The translations under genes were made by a program, and so were the position numbers. This document shows, one piece after another, positions 54,005-64,000 of a DNA stretch of 64,000 nt. The notes beneath the pieces are model-generated. The model worked only from the letters and a program-made list of their open reading frames with translations, did not search any database and was not told the origin of the DNA. Positions within the stretch are counted from its first letter, which is position 1, and every line of letters begins with the position of its first letter. The stretch lies in the NCBI GenBank assembly GCA_034439775.1, contig JAWXBA010000153.1:6269-70268 (forward strand), in the 5' to 3' direction. Origin of the DNA: Gemmatimonadota bacterium. Lineage in GTDB: Bacteria > Gemmatimonadota > Gemmatimonadetes > Gemmatimonadales > GWC2-71-9.

Positions 54005-55888
54005 TCAGGCCGGCGCCAGCGGTTTGCCCTGGTACACCACCCGCCAGGTGGCCAGGTCGGCTTCCATGATCCGGGCCGCATCCAGCGCCAGGTCGCCCAG
54101 CGGCAGGCTCTCCAGGTCGCCTGGAACACCGAGGCGCTCCAGGCGGCCCTGCAGGTCACGCAGCCGGTGGGCCAGCGCCACCGAGCGCAGCGACGATCCC
54201 AGCATGTCTGCCTGCCCGAGGAAGCCGTGCCGCGCCGCCCCGAAAGCGGGCAAGACGATGGCGGCAAAGGTCAGCACCACTCCGACCATCCCCGGGTAGT
54301 GCCACTCGGCCACCCCCACCAGCGACCACGGCAGCAGTGGCATCAGGTGGGCCACAGCCGCCAGCAGCGCCCCGGCAAAGGCCAGCTCCACCTGCGGGTG
54401 CATCCGGTGCTCCACGGCACCCAGTTGTGCCGCCATCCGGGTGTGGTATGACGCCTGCACCGCCAACTCGTGCTGCCACAGGAACCGCCGACACGATTCG
54501 AGCGTGCCAGCGTCAAGCGTGCCGGAGGGCATCCCCGCCTCCCGCACCACTGCCCGGACCAGCCACCCCCCCCAGTCGTTGCGCGGATCCCCTTCCCACA
54601 CCAACCGTGAGTGCCGCGCCAAGTAGCCGGTCCGGCCAATCGGCCAGAGAAAAGTCAGGTGACGCATCCGTTCCGCCAGGGCGCGATAGTCCAGCCAGCG
54701 GCGGTGGTGCTGTCCGGCCCGACCCCGCGACACCACCAGCCAGATGGTCAGCAACATCGCCACCTCGACCGCAGCCAGCGCCACCGACCAGACCCCGGGA
54801 CCATGGAGATAGGTCCCGGTCAGTGCCAGAAGCACGGTGACCCATGACAGGCTGAAGACGGTGGCAAAGGCACTGCGGTAGCGATTGGCGTAGTAGGTGG
54901 CCAGGCGATCGGCCCACCCGTACTGGGGCGCGAACGCTGCTACCAGATGGCCCTGAGTGGCCGCCGAGAGCGTGGCGGGATCGGCCCAGCGCGCCAGCCA
55001 CTCCGCCCGGGCCGACTCGGGATAGGGAAGCGGGAAGTCGGGTCGGAAGAGTCCCCGCAGCAGCCGCAGGAAACTCCCCGGCCAGCCCACGATAGGCAGT
55101 GCTCCCCGCTGGTTGGCCTCGACCACCGCCCGGAACGCCTTGCCGAGGTAGCCTCGCCGATGCCGCTCGGCAAAATACTGTTCTCGCAGGTCCAGGGTGT
55201 CCGGGGGTAGCAACAGGCGACGCACCGCCCCGGACAGCCCCGAAAGCCCGGTTGCGGCACCCTGCTCCGGTCCTGCAGGATCGAGGAGCCAGGGGTCGGT
55301 GGGACGGGCCGGGTCCACGACGACTACCGGTACCTCCTCGCGCAGCGCGTAGGCGACTTGGTTCGCCGTCCCCCCTGCGCCATCCGCCGATTTCAGGTCC
55401 CAGACCACGAGCAGCAGGTCGCAGTGATCCACCACAGCCCGGCCACCGGCCACGAAGCCGTCGAAGCGGCCGGCGCGCCCGTCCATCACCAGGGTGCGGC
55501 TGGCGGCGGCGCTCAGCCGGTCAAACTCCGGCAATTCCTCGGGGTGGTCAAAGGTGGCGCGGTAGGCGGTCTCGGGAAACGGCAGGATCAGGTGCAGGTC
55601 AAAGCGCGGCGCGCCCGGCGTCGTCGCCTCATCGATTGCCGCCGCGGCGGCCAGCCGGTCGGCCCCTTCGGCCAGGGAGGTCACCAGCCGCATGGCTGCG
55701 GCATCCCCGGCGTACCAGGGTCCACGGGCACTCTCCACCGCCACCCGGACACCCCGCAGCACCGAGGCGATCGCGGCCTGGACTGCTGGCGCGGCCTCGC
55801 GGGGCAGTCGGTTCCAGCGGTGCCCCACCACCCCGACCCGGAAGACCAGGCGGGGACGGGGTGGGTGCGATACCGGGGACGGGGGCAT
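54005..55888 (-). CDS. SLOG-like (DprA/LOG-type Rossmann) domain protein fused to two SLATT/DUF4231-like 2-TM modules (putative ligand-gated membrane effector)
   Basis: N-terminal domain (about 55310-55849) has VGVVGHR, TSLAEGADRLAAAAAI and DLLLVVWDLKSADGAGGTANQV...VPVVVVD. Module 1 (about 54635-54928) has two TM helices followed by HHRRWLDYRALAERMRHL. Module 2 (about 54140-54490) has two TM helices followed by LRSVALAHRLRDLQ. Start is ATG 55888 or TTG 55909. Domain names assigned by eye only. Confidence 0.55.
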   Translation of the reverse strand: MPPSPVSHPPRPRLVFRVGVVGHRWNRLPREAAPAVQAAIASVLRGVRVAVESARGPWYAGDAAAMRLVTSLAEGADRLAAAAAIDEATTPGAPRFDLHLILPFPETAYRATFDHPEELPEFDRLSAAASRTLVMDGRAGRFDGFVAGGRAVVDHCDLLLVVWDLKSADGAGGTANQVAYALREEVPVVVVDPARPTDPWLLDPAGPEQGAATGLSGLSGAVRRLLLPPDTLDLREQYFAERHRRGYLGKAFRAVVEANQRGALPIVGWPGSFLRLLRGLFRPDFPLPYPESARAEWLARWADPATLSAATQGHLVAAFAPQYGWADRLATYYANRYRSAFATVFSLSWVTVLLALTGTYLHGPGVWSVALAAVEVAMLLTIWLVVSRGRAGQHHRRWLDYRALAERMRHLTFLWPIGRTGYLARHSRLVWEGDPRNDWGGWLVRAVVREAGMPSGTLDAGTLESCRRFLWQHELAVQASYHTRMAAQLGAVEHRMHPQVELAFAGALLAAVAHLMPLLPWSLVGVAEWHYPGMVGVVLTFAAIVLPAFGAARHGFLGQADMLGSSLRSVALAHRLRDLQGRLERLGVPGDLESLPLGDLALDAARIMEADLATWRVVYQGKPLAPA

Positions 55889-55971
55889 CCAGAGAAGATG
55901 CCGCCGCAATTCGTCGCGTCAAGCGGCAGGGGCGCCGTTGCAACGCGCGGCCACCGGAGCTAACCTCAAGT

Positions 55972-57441
55972 TTGCAGCCAATTCGTGGGAGAGGACCGGA
56001 CCCCATCGCACACGACATCTTTGTCAGCCACTCCAGCAGCGACGCGCCGGTCGCCCTGGCCATTGTCAATGCCCTCGAATCGAGCGGCATCCGCTGCTGG
56101 GTGGCCCCGCGCGACATCGAGGGCGGCCAGATCTGGGCCCAGGCGATCATGACGGCGATCGAGAACGCCCGGGCGCTGGTGGTGGTCTTTTCGAGCCACG
56201 CCAACCGCTCGGCCCACGTGCTGACCGAGGTCGATACCGCGGTGCGCCAGGGATGCATCGTGGTGCCGTTTCGGATCGAGGCGGTGGACCCCGAAGGCGC
56301 CCTGGCCTATCACCTGCGAACCCGGCACTGGCTCGACGCCCTGACCCCCGAGCTCGAGGGACACATTCGTCGGCTGGTGGACACGATGTCCCGGCTGCTC
56401 AAGGACGCGCCTGACAGCAAGGAATCGCCCAGCCAGCCGTGGCTCCGCACCACCCCTCCCGCACAGCCGGACCCGCCGCCGCCGGGGCCCCCGCGGCGGT
56501 GGCGACGCACCGGCGCCAGGATTGGCCTGGTCATCGCCGGCGTGATGGCCGTCGGTGCCATCCTGATGTCGCTGGGGAGGGGCACGGGACAGTTCGAGAT
56601 TCGCGACGCCAGCGTGCCGAGCGAACCGGTCACCCTGCCGGTGCGGGTGTCGGGGGTGCGTTTCTTCGAGGCGGGCAAGGAGATGCCCGCGACCGGTGCC
56701 CGCGAACACGCCACCCGGTTTGCCGCAGGGGCCTCGCGCTACATCTATGTCCAGCTCGACCTCGAGCATGGCGTCTCCCCGCGCGAGGTCCGGGTCCCGA
56801 TCACCTGCACCATTACCGATGCCGAAGGAGCGGTGCTGACCACGATGACGGCCACCGGTCGGATCCAGCCGGAATGGACCGGCAGCAACTGGGCTTCAGG
56901 GTGGGGCACCGAGGGCGGGGGAACGTGGCAATCGGGGCGCTATCATGCCGACTGCAGCTATGGCGCCAAGTCGATCGCCACCGGCGACTTCGAGGTCGTC
57001 GGCGGTGGCGCGGCCCCAGCCCCGCCGGTTCCCGCCGGCGCCGAGCGGCTCGACTCCCGAATCCCTGAGCTGAACGGGCGGGTGGCCGCGATCCGGTACT
57101 TCCCCGATTTCGCCGGCCCACTGACCGCCCGCCCCGATCGCCGCTATGCCAGTGTGTTCTCTGCCAGCGACCTGCTCTATCTGGGCATCGAGCTGGAACT
57201 GGACTATGCCGCGGTGGAACGGAAACTCTCGATCGAGAGTATCTGTGTGATCACCACCGCGGACGGGGCGAGCTTCGGCACCATGACGCTGCCGATCAAT
57301 CCGGAAGTGGGGTGGACGGGGAGCTACACTGCGGGGAGCTTCGGGTGGCAGGAGCCGGGTCGCTGGTCGCAGGGCACCTACCGGATCGCCTGTCGGGTCA
57401 ACGGCCGTTTGGTGGCCAGGGGCGCGGTCAACGTCCGGTAG
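55972..57441 (+). CDS. Single-pass membrane TIR-domain protein with two exported tandem repeat domains
   Basis: TIR (about 56011-56400): DIFVSHSSSD, IRCWVAPRDIEGGQIW, VVVFSSHANRSAHVLTEVDTAV, VVPFRIE, HWLDA. Pro-rich linker, RRWRR then TM helix at 56521-56577, then two homologous domains of about 125 aa. The 5' end is uncertain: TTG 55972 is the only canonical-type start between the divergent gene and the TIR core. The upstream part of ORF 55099..57441 is antisense shadow. Confidence 0.75.
   Translation: MQPIRGRGPDPIAHDIFVSHSSSDAPVALAIVNALESSGIRCWVAPRDIEGGQIWAQAIMTAIENARALVVVFSSHANRSAHVLTEVDTAVRQGCIVVPFRIEAVDPEGALAYHLRTRHWLDALTPELEGHIRRLVDTMSRLLKDAPDSKESPSQPWLRTTPPAQPDPPPPGPPRRWRRTGARIGLVIAGVMAVGAILMSLGRGTGQFEIRDASVPSEPVTLPVRVSGVRFFEAGKEMPATGAREHATRFAAGASRYIYVQLDLEHGVSPREVRVPITCTITDAEGAVLTTMTATGRIQPEWTGSNWASGWGTEGGGTWQSGRYHADCSYGAKSIATGDFEVVGGGAAPAPPVPAGAERLDSRIPELNGRVAAIRYFPDFAGPLTARPDRRYASVFSASDLLYLGIELELDYAAVERKLSIESICVITTADGASFGTMTLPINPEVGWTGSYTAGSFGWQEPGRWSQGTYRIACRVNGRLVARGAVNVR
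56629..57438 (+). repeat. Intragenic tandem duplication: two homologous extracytoplasmic domains (56629-57003 and 57070-57438)
   Basis: Aligned blocks: VSGVRFF/VAAIRYF; RYIYVQLDLEH/LLYLGIELELDY; ITCTITDAEGAVLTTMT/ICVITTADGASFGTMT; PEWTGSNWASGWG..WQSGRYHADC/VGWTGSYTAGSFG..WSQGTYRIAC. Confidence 0.7.
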
Positions 57442-57447
57442 GGGGCG

Positions 57448-58236
57448 CTACCGCGCCGAGAGCGTGGCCTTGAGGAAGTCGCGATTGAGCTGGGCAATCG
57501 TCTCGACGCTGATCTCCTTCGGGCAGGCGGCCTCGCATTCCCCGAAGTTGGTGCAACCGCCGAAGCCCTCGATGTCCATCTGCCCCACCATCGCCAGCGC
57601 CCGCCGGTACCGTTCCGGCTGCCCTTGCGGCAGCAGGCCCAGGTGGGTGGCCTTGGCGGCGGTAAAGAGCATCGCCGAGGCGTTGGGGCAGGCCGCCACG
57701 CAGGCGCCGCAACCGATGCACTCGGCCGCGTCCATGGCGCGATCCGAGGACTCCTTGGGGATCTGAATCGCGTTGGCATCCGGGGCGCTGCCGGTGGCGG
57801 CTCCGATGAATCCCCCGGCCTGGATGATCCGGTCGAGGGCGCTTCGGTCCACCACCAGGTCGCGGACCACCGGAAAGGCGTTGGCCCGCCACGGCTCGAC
57901 GGTGATGGTGTCGCCGTCGCGGAAGCTGCGCATATGCAGCTGGCAGGCGGTGGTGGCAGGATTGGGGCCGTGGGGCCGGCCGTTGATGACCATGCTGCAC
58001 ATGCCGCAGATCCCCTCGCGGCAATCGTGGTCAAAGGCGATCGGGTCGCGCCCCTCCTCGATCAGCCGCTCATTCAGTACATCCAGCATTTCGAGGAACG
58101 ACATGTCGGGGCTGACGTCCGCCACGGCGTACCGCTCCATTCGCCCCTCGGCGCCGGGGCGCGCCTGGCGCCACGCCTTGAGCGTAATGGTCATCGTGGT
58201 GGTGCTGGAACCTGCCATCCCTGACTCCTCGGTCAT
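57448..58236 (-). CDS. sdhB: Succinate dehydrogenase/fumarate reductase iron-sulfur subunit
   Basis: [15 protein letters not shown] (2Fe-2S), [13 protein letters not shown] and [13 protein letters not shown] cluster motifs. Start is 58236 or 58218. Confidence 0.92.
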   Translation of the reverse strand: MTEESGMAGSSTTTMTITLKAWRQARPGAEGRMERYAVADVSPDMSFLEMLDVLNERLIEEGRDPIAFDHDCREGICGMCSMVINGRPHGPNPATTACQLHMRSFRDGDTITVEPWRANAFPVVRDLVVDRSALDRIIQAGGFIGAATGSAPDANAIQIPKESSDRAMDAAECIGCGACVAACPNASAMLFTAAKATHLGLLPQGQPERYRRALAMVGQMDIEGFGGCTNFGECEAACPKEISVETIAQLNRDFLKATLSAR

Positions 58237-58256
58237 GGGCCGCGCACGCGCGGCCC

Positions 58257-60167
<1,911 letters not shown>

Positions 60168-60204
60168 CACACGCCCCCGGGGGCGAAAGCAGGAATCGTC
60201 AGGG

Positions 60205-60873
60205 TCATCGTCCCGCCAGTCCAGCCGCCACGCCGATCGGGATGGCCAGCAGCCCTCCCGCAATGGCGATGGTCAGCACCCAGGCAATGACCCGCCGGGC
60301 CCGGTTCCAGTGGGGATGATTGAGGCCCATGGTCTGGAAGAACGACCAGACGCCGTGGGAAAGGTGCAGGCCCAGCGCCACCATCGCCACGACGTAGAAC
60401 GCCACCACCAGCGGCTGCCCGCTGAACCCTACCAGGACGTTGCGTCCCACCTCGCCGGGCTCGAACTCGGCGCCCGGAAAGATCGTGCCGGTGGTGAAGT
60501 GCAGCAGGTGAAAGACAATGAACGCCAGCAGGATGACCCCGCCGATCCGCATGCTCCGGGCACCCCAGGTGCTCGACTCGGCGCGGAGGCGCTGGTATCC
60601 CACCGGGCGGGCCTGCTGGTTGATGCGGGTCAGCTGGATGGCAGCGACGATATGCAGCACTGCCAGTCCGAGCAGCCCGATCCGGGCCACCCAGAGCAGC
60701 GGCCCGAAACTCCGCAGCCACTCGCCGTAGTGGGTCAGTGACTCGGGGTCCTTGAAAACCAGGACGTTGGACGCCATGTGGCTGAGCAGGAACCCGACCA
60801 GCAGGATCCCGCTCGCGGCCATCATGACCTTTTTCCCGATCAGGGAGCGATAGAAGTCGGCGATCCAGCCCAT
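60205..60873 (-). CDS. sdhC: Succinate dehydrogenase cytochrome b subunit (b558 family, 5 TM)
   Basis: Single 222-aa membrane anchor with several conserved His in TM helices, located upstream of sdhA/sdhB. No sdhD, so a B. subtilis-type enzyme. Confidence 0.8.
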   Translation of the reverse strand: MGWIADFYRSLIGKKVMMAASGILLVGFLLSHMASNVLVFKDPESLTHYGEWLRSFGPLLWVARIGLLGLAVLHIVAAIQLTRINQQARPVGYQRLRAESSTWGARSMRIGGVILLAFIVFHLLHFTTGTIFPGAEFEPGEVGRNVLVGFSGQPLVVAFYVVAMVALGLHLSHGVWSFFQTMGLNHPHWNRARRVIAWVLTIAIAGGLLAIPIGVAAGLAGR

Positions 60874-60906
60874 CGGGTTACCGCACTCCCAGACAGTGGC
60901 TGCGCA

Positions 60907-61839
60907 CTACAGCGCGTCGACCAGCTGCTGCACCTCGCGCACCCCGGCCGCCGAGGCGTGGAGCGCGGCGCGTTCGGCCTCGGTGAGAGTTACCGTGACG
61001 ATCCGCTCCAGACCCTTGGCGCCCAGCAGGCACGGCACCCCGCAGTACACGCCGTCGAGGTCGTACTCGCCGGTGAGCCACGCCGAGCACGGCAGGATCC
61101 GCTTCTTGTCGAGGGCAATCGCCTCGACCATCTGCACCGCCGCCGCGCTAGGGGCGTAGTACGCCGACCCGGTCTTGAGGTGGGCCACGATCTCGGCACC
61201 GCCGCTCCGGGTCCGCTGCACGATGGCGTCGAGCTTGTCCTGCGCCAGCAATTGGGTGACCGGAATGCCGGAGACGGTGGTATAGGAGATCAGCGGCACC
61301 ATCGTGTCGCCGTGGCCACCGAGGACCATCGCCTGGATGTCCTCGACCGATACCCCGATCGCGTCGGAGAGGAACATCCGGTACCGGGCGGTGTCCAGAA
61401 CCCCGGCCATGCCGATGACCCGCTCGCGCGGGAACCCCGACGCCTGCCTGGCCACGTAGCACATCACGTCGAGTGGGTTCGACACTACGATGATGATCGA
61501 GGTCGGCGCCACCCGGGCAATTTCCTTCGACACTGCGCGCACGATCCCGGCGTTGGTCTTGACCAGGTCGTCGCGGCTCATCCCGGGCTTCCGGGCAATG
61601 CCGGCGGTCACCACGAAGATCTCCGACCCCGTCGCCGCGTCGTAGCTGGTCGAGCCGATCACCCGGGCGTCAAATCCCTCCACCGGGCCGGACTGCCACT
61701 GGTCGAGCGCCTTCCCCTCCGGGATACCCTCCACCACGTCGACCATCACCACCGTGCGCGCCAGGTGCTTCTCGGCCAGCCGCTGGGCCGCCGTGGCGCC
61801 GACATTTCCCGCGCCCACCACCGTGATCTTGTTGAGCAT
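60907..61839 (-). CDS. mdh: Malate dehydrogenase (LDH-like family)
   Basis: [28 protein letters not shown] and [13 protein letters not shown] motifs. Start at ATG 61839. Confidence 0.92.
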   Translation of the reverse strand: MLNKITVVGAGNVGATAAQRLAEKHLARTVVMVDVVEGIPEGKALDQWQSGPVEGFDARVIGSTSYDAATGSEIFVVTAGIARKPGMSRDDLVKTNAGIVRAVSKEIARVAPTSIIIVVSNPLDVMCYVARQASGFPRERVIGMAGVLDTARYRMFLSDAIGVSVEDIQAMVLGGHGDTMVPLISYTTVSGIPVTQLLAQDKLDAIVQRTRSGGAEIVAHLKTGSAYYAPSAAAVQMVEAIALDKKRILPCSAWLTGEYDLDGVYCGVPCLLGAKGLERIVTVTLTEAERAALHASAAGVREVQQLVDAL

Positions 61840-61897
61840 GCTGGAGACCCGGACCTCTCGCTGAAGTACCCGCCAAGCCGTGGAATTACTGGGAAAA

Positions 61898-62368
61898 CTA
61901 ATTGCCGCGTCGGGCCCGACCAACCCCCTGCAGCTGCCGCAACCCTTCATACAGCACGATGCCGGCGGCGGTGGCCAGGTTGAGGCTCCGCACCGCGTCG
62001 GTCATCGGGATCCGGAACGACTCCTCCGGATGCTTGCCCAGGATCCGTTCCGGCATCCCGTCCACCTCATTGCCGAACAACAGGCACGAGTTGGGCTTGA
62101 ACTCCGCCTCCCAGAACGGGCGGGTCGCCTTGGCGCTGAAGTACAGGCAGCGGTCCCGACTCATCGCCTCGCGAAACGCCCGCCAGCCAGGATGCAGCCA
62201 GAGATCCACCGCATCCCAATAGTCCAGCCCCGCCCGGCGCAGCTCGGCGTCGTCGATCCGGAAGCCGAGCGGCTCGATCAGGTGGAGCGCCGTATCGGTG
62301 GCGGCGCAGAGCCGCGCAATGTTGCCGGTGTTGGGAGGGATGCGGGGTTCAATCAGTGCGATATGCAT
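61898..62368 (-). CDS. trmL: tRNA (cytidine/uridine-2'-O-)-methyltransferase TrmL (SpoU/TrmH family)
   Basis: [25 protein letters not shown]-terminus, [11 protein letters not shown] and [14 protein letters not shown] motifs. Confidence 0.88.
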   Translation of the reverse strand: MHIALIEPRIPPNTGNIARLCAATDTALHLIEPLGFRIDDAELRRAGLDYWDAVDLWLHPGWRAFREAMSRDRCLYFSAKATRPFWEAEFKPNSCLLFGNEVDGMPERILGKHPEESFRIPMTDAVRSLNLATAAGIVLYEGLRQLQGVGRARRGN

Positions 62369-62407
62369 GCGGCTGCTCTCCGGGGGGTTCCTGCCGTCGG
62401 TGGCCGG

Positions 62408-63433
62408 TCAACCGCCCCGGGTGTGCATCTCCTGTTTCGGATCGGCCCGCAGTCCCTCCAGGGTGACCAGGGTGCCACGGTCCGGCATCGCCGCCCGCTC
62501 CTCCGCCCCGCGATCGCTGCGGCCCCCCCACGCATCGGCCACCAGCGCCGTGAGTTCCGCATCGGTGGCCCCCGAACGGAGGGCCCCACGCAGGTCAATC
62601 CCTTCCCGCGCATAGAGGCACAGGAACCAGGTCCCGTCGGCGGTGACCCGGCTCCGGTCACAGGTGCGGCAGAACGGCTTGGTGGTGGAGGCGATCACGC
62701 CGAAGACGGTGCCATCCGGCAACCGGAACCGCTCCGCCGGTGCGGACCCCCGCACCACCAGTGGCTCCACCTGTCCATACCGGGCCGCAATCGCCGCCAC
62801 GATCGCCTCCTGCCCCATCACCGCCTTCCCCGACCACCGGGTGGCGCCACCGACATCCATGTACTCGATGAACCGGACCTCGATGGCGCGTTCCCGCCCG
62901 TACTCGAGGAGGTCGGTCACCTCATCCGCATTGAACCCATGGATCACGACGGAGTTGAGCTTGACCGCAGCGAACCCCGCCGCGAGGGCGGCGTCGATGC
63001 CCGCCAGGACATCGGCATGCCGTGGGGAACGGGCATGGGCCAGCATCCGATCGGGCCGCAGCGTGTCGAGGCTGATGGTGACCCGCCGGAGCCCCGCCTG
63101 CCGCAGTGCCGCCGCCCGCGGTGCCAGCAGGAGCCCATTGGTGGTCATCGCCAGGTCGCGAAGTCCGGGCCGGGCCGCCAGCATCGCCACCAGGGCCTCG
63201 AGGTCGTGCCGCAGCAACGGCTCCCCCCCGGTCAGCCGAACCCGGTCCGCACCCAGCCCCTGGAAGACGCCCGCCAGGCGGTCAAACTCCTCGTAGCTCA
63301 GGATCGAGGCTTTGGGGAGCCAGACATACTCCTGCTCGGGCATGCAGTACTCGCACCGGAGGTTGCACCGGTCGGTGACCGAGAGCCGCAGGCTGCCCAT
63401 CGGCCGGCCCAGCCGGTCCTTCGGCCCGGTCAT
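62408..63433 (-). CDS. moaA: GTP 3',8-cyclase (molybdenum cofactor biosynthesis)
   Basis: LRLSVTDRCNLRCEYCMP radical SAM motif, C-terminal CxxCxxxxC...GG. ATG 63433 overlaps the moaE stop (ATGA). The ORF-track 489-aa call is an extension. Confidence 0.92.
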   Translation of the reverse strand: MTGPKDRLGRPMGSLRLSVTDRCNLRCEYCMPEQEYVWLPKASILSYEEFDRLAGVFQGLGADRVRLTGGEPLLRHDLEALVAMLAARPGLRDLAMTTNGLLLAPRAAALRQAGLRRVTISLDTLRPDRMLAHARSPRHADVLAGIDAALAAGFAAVKLNSVVIHGFNADEVTDLLEYGRERAIEVRFIEYMDVGGATRWSGKAVMGQEAIVAAIAARYGQVEPLVVRGSAPAERFRLPDGTVFGVIASTTKPFCRTCDRSRVTADGTWFLCLYAREGIDLRGALRSGATDAELTALVADAWGGRSDRGAEERAAMPDRGTLVTLEGLRADPKQEMHTRGG

Positions 63434-63843
63434 CGCGGCTCCACCCAGTCCACGCTGCCGTCCAGGAAGAACTCCTTCTTCCAGATCGGCACCCGTCGCT
63501 TCAACTCCTCGATCAGGTAGCGGCACGCCTCGAACGCCGCCGCACGATGGGCCGAGGCCGCCGCCACCGCCACTGCGGCATCGCCGATCAGCAACGTCCC
63601 CACCCGGTGCCGCACCGCCACCCGGACCGGCCACTGCGCCATCGCTTCGGCCACGATCGTGGCGCATTCCCCCTCGGCCATCGGATGGTAGGCGGAGTAC
63701 TCCAGTCGCTCCACCGCCCGACCTTCTTGATGGTTGCGCACCAGCCCCAGGAAGGTGGCAATGCCCCCGCACTCCGGGGCGGCCACCTCCGCCACAAGGG
63801 CGTCGAGCTGGAGGGGAAGTTCGGTCAGGAATGCCACGCTCAA
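63430..63843 (-). CDS. moaE: Molybdopterin synthase catalytic subunit
   Basis: GGIATFLGLVRNH...LEYSAYHPMAE...SAHRAAAFEACRYLIEELKRRVPIWKKE motifs. TTG 63843 overlaps the moaD stop (TTGA); GTG 63837 is the alternative. Confidence 0.88.
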   Translation of the reverse strand: MSVAFLTELPLQLDALVAEVAAPECGGIATFLGLVRNHQEGRAVERLEYSAYHPMAEGECATIVAEAMAQWPVRVAVRHRVGTLLIGDAAVAVAAASAHRAAAFEACRYLIEELKRRVPIWKKEFFLDGSVDWVEPR

Positions 63844-64000
63844 CCCCCGGCCATCGGGGGCAGCAGCGCCAACTCATCCCCAGCGCTCACCGGCTGGTCG
63901 GACCGGGCCTGTCGCGCGTTCACCGCCACCAGGGGGTTCAGCGGGAGTGCGGCCCCACCAGGCAGGATCCGCAGCGCCTCGACCACCCCGGCCACGGTGG
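63840..64000 (-). CDS. moaD: Molybdopterin synthase sulfur-carrier subunit (MoaD/ThiS fold), 5' end outside window
   Basis: Minus-strand frame ends ...DQPVSAGDELALLPPMAGG-stop (TGA 63842-63840). This is the diagnostic C-terminal GG immediately upstream of moaE. Not in the ORF track because no start lies in the window. Confidence 0.7.
   Translation of the reverse strand, partial: TVAGVVEALRILPGGAALPLNPLVAVNARQARSDQPVSAGDELALLPPMAGG

Noticed and set aside
55099-55971. N-terminal 290 codons of ORF 55099..57441, which would make a 780-aa TIR protein
   Set aside because: This part is antisense to the well-structured SLOG-SLATT-like gene. It translates to Pro/Arg/Gly-rich low-complexity sequence. 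The recognisable TIR domain begins only at about 56011.

Overview
High-GC bacterial chromosomal segment from an LPS-producing, Gram-negative-type organism; the lineage cannot be determined from sequence alone. It is almost entirely housekeeping and very compact. Every gene from nt 1401 to 53239 lies on the minus strand, and most junctions are ATGA/GTGA/TGATG stop-start overlaps. In minus-strand transcription order the content is: (1) nuoA-N (14-subunit complex I), then a phosphohexomutase and a UPF0182 membrane protein; (2) sucCD; (3) ndk; (4) yceD-rpmF-plsX-fabH-fabD-fabG-acpP-fabF; (5) a hybrid sensor kinase; (6) mqnE-mqnA-mqnC (futalosine menaquinone route), ispF, a DedA::TerB fusion and xerD; (7) a small membrane-anchored hypothetical; (8) a 16-gene array, kdsB-pyrG-kdsA-kdsC-kdsD-lptC-lptA-lptB-rpoN, running straight into a polyprenyl-phosphate-sugar glycosylation set (GT2, GT4, methyltransferase, flippase-like, YfhO-like, Ppm-like GT2) and dapF. 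The right end carries sdhCAB (b558 type), mdh, trmL and moaA-moaE-moaD. No rRNA, tRNA, CRISPR array or transposase was recognised. The one clearly accessory locus, and the best candidate for a new system, is a divergent two-gene island at 54005-57441, wedged between dcd and sdhB. One gene encodes a receptor-like protein with a cytoplasmic TIR domain, one TM helix and two exported tandem repeat domains. The other encodes a SLOG-like nucleotide-sensor head fused to two SLATT-like 2-TM modules. This suggests a Thoeris-like logic (TIR signal, SLOG sensor) with a membrane effector. All domain calls rest on motif reading by eye and need profile or structure searches.
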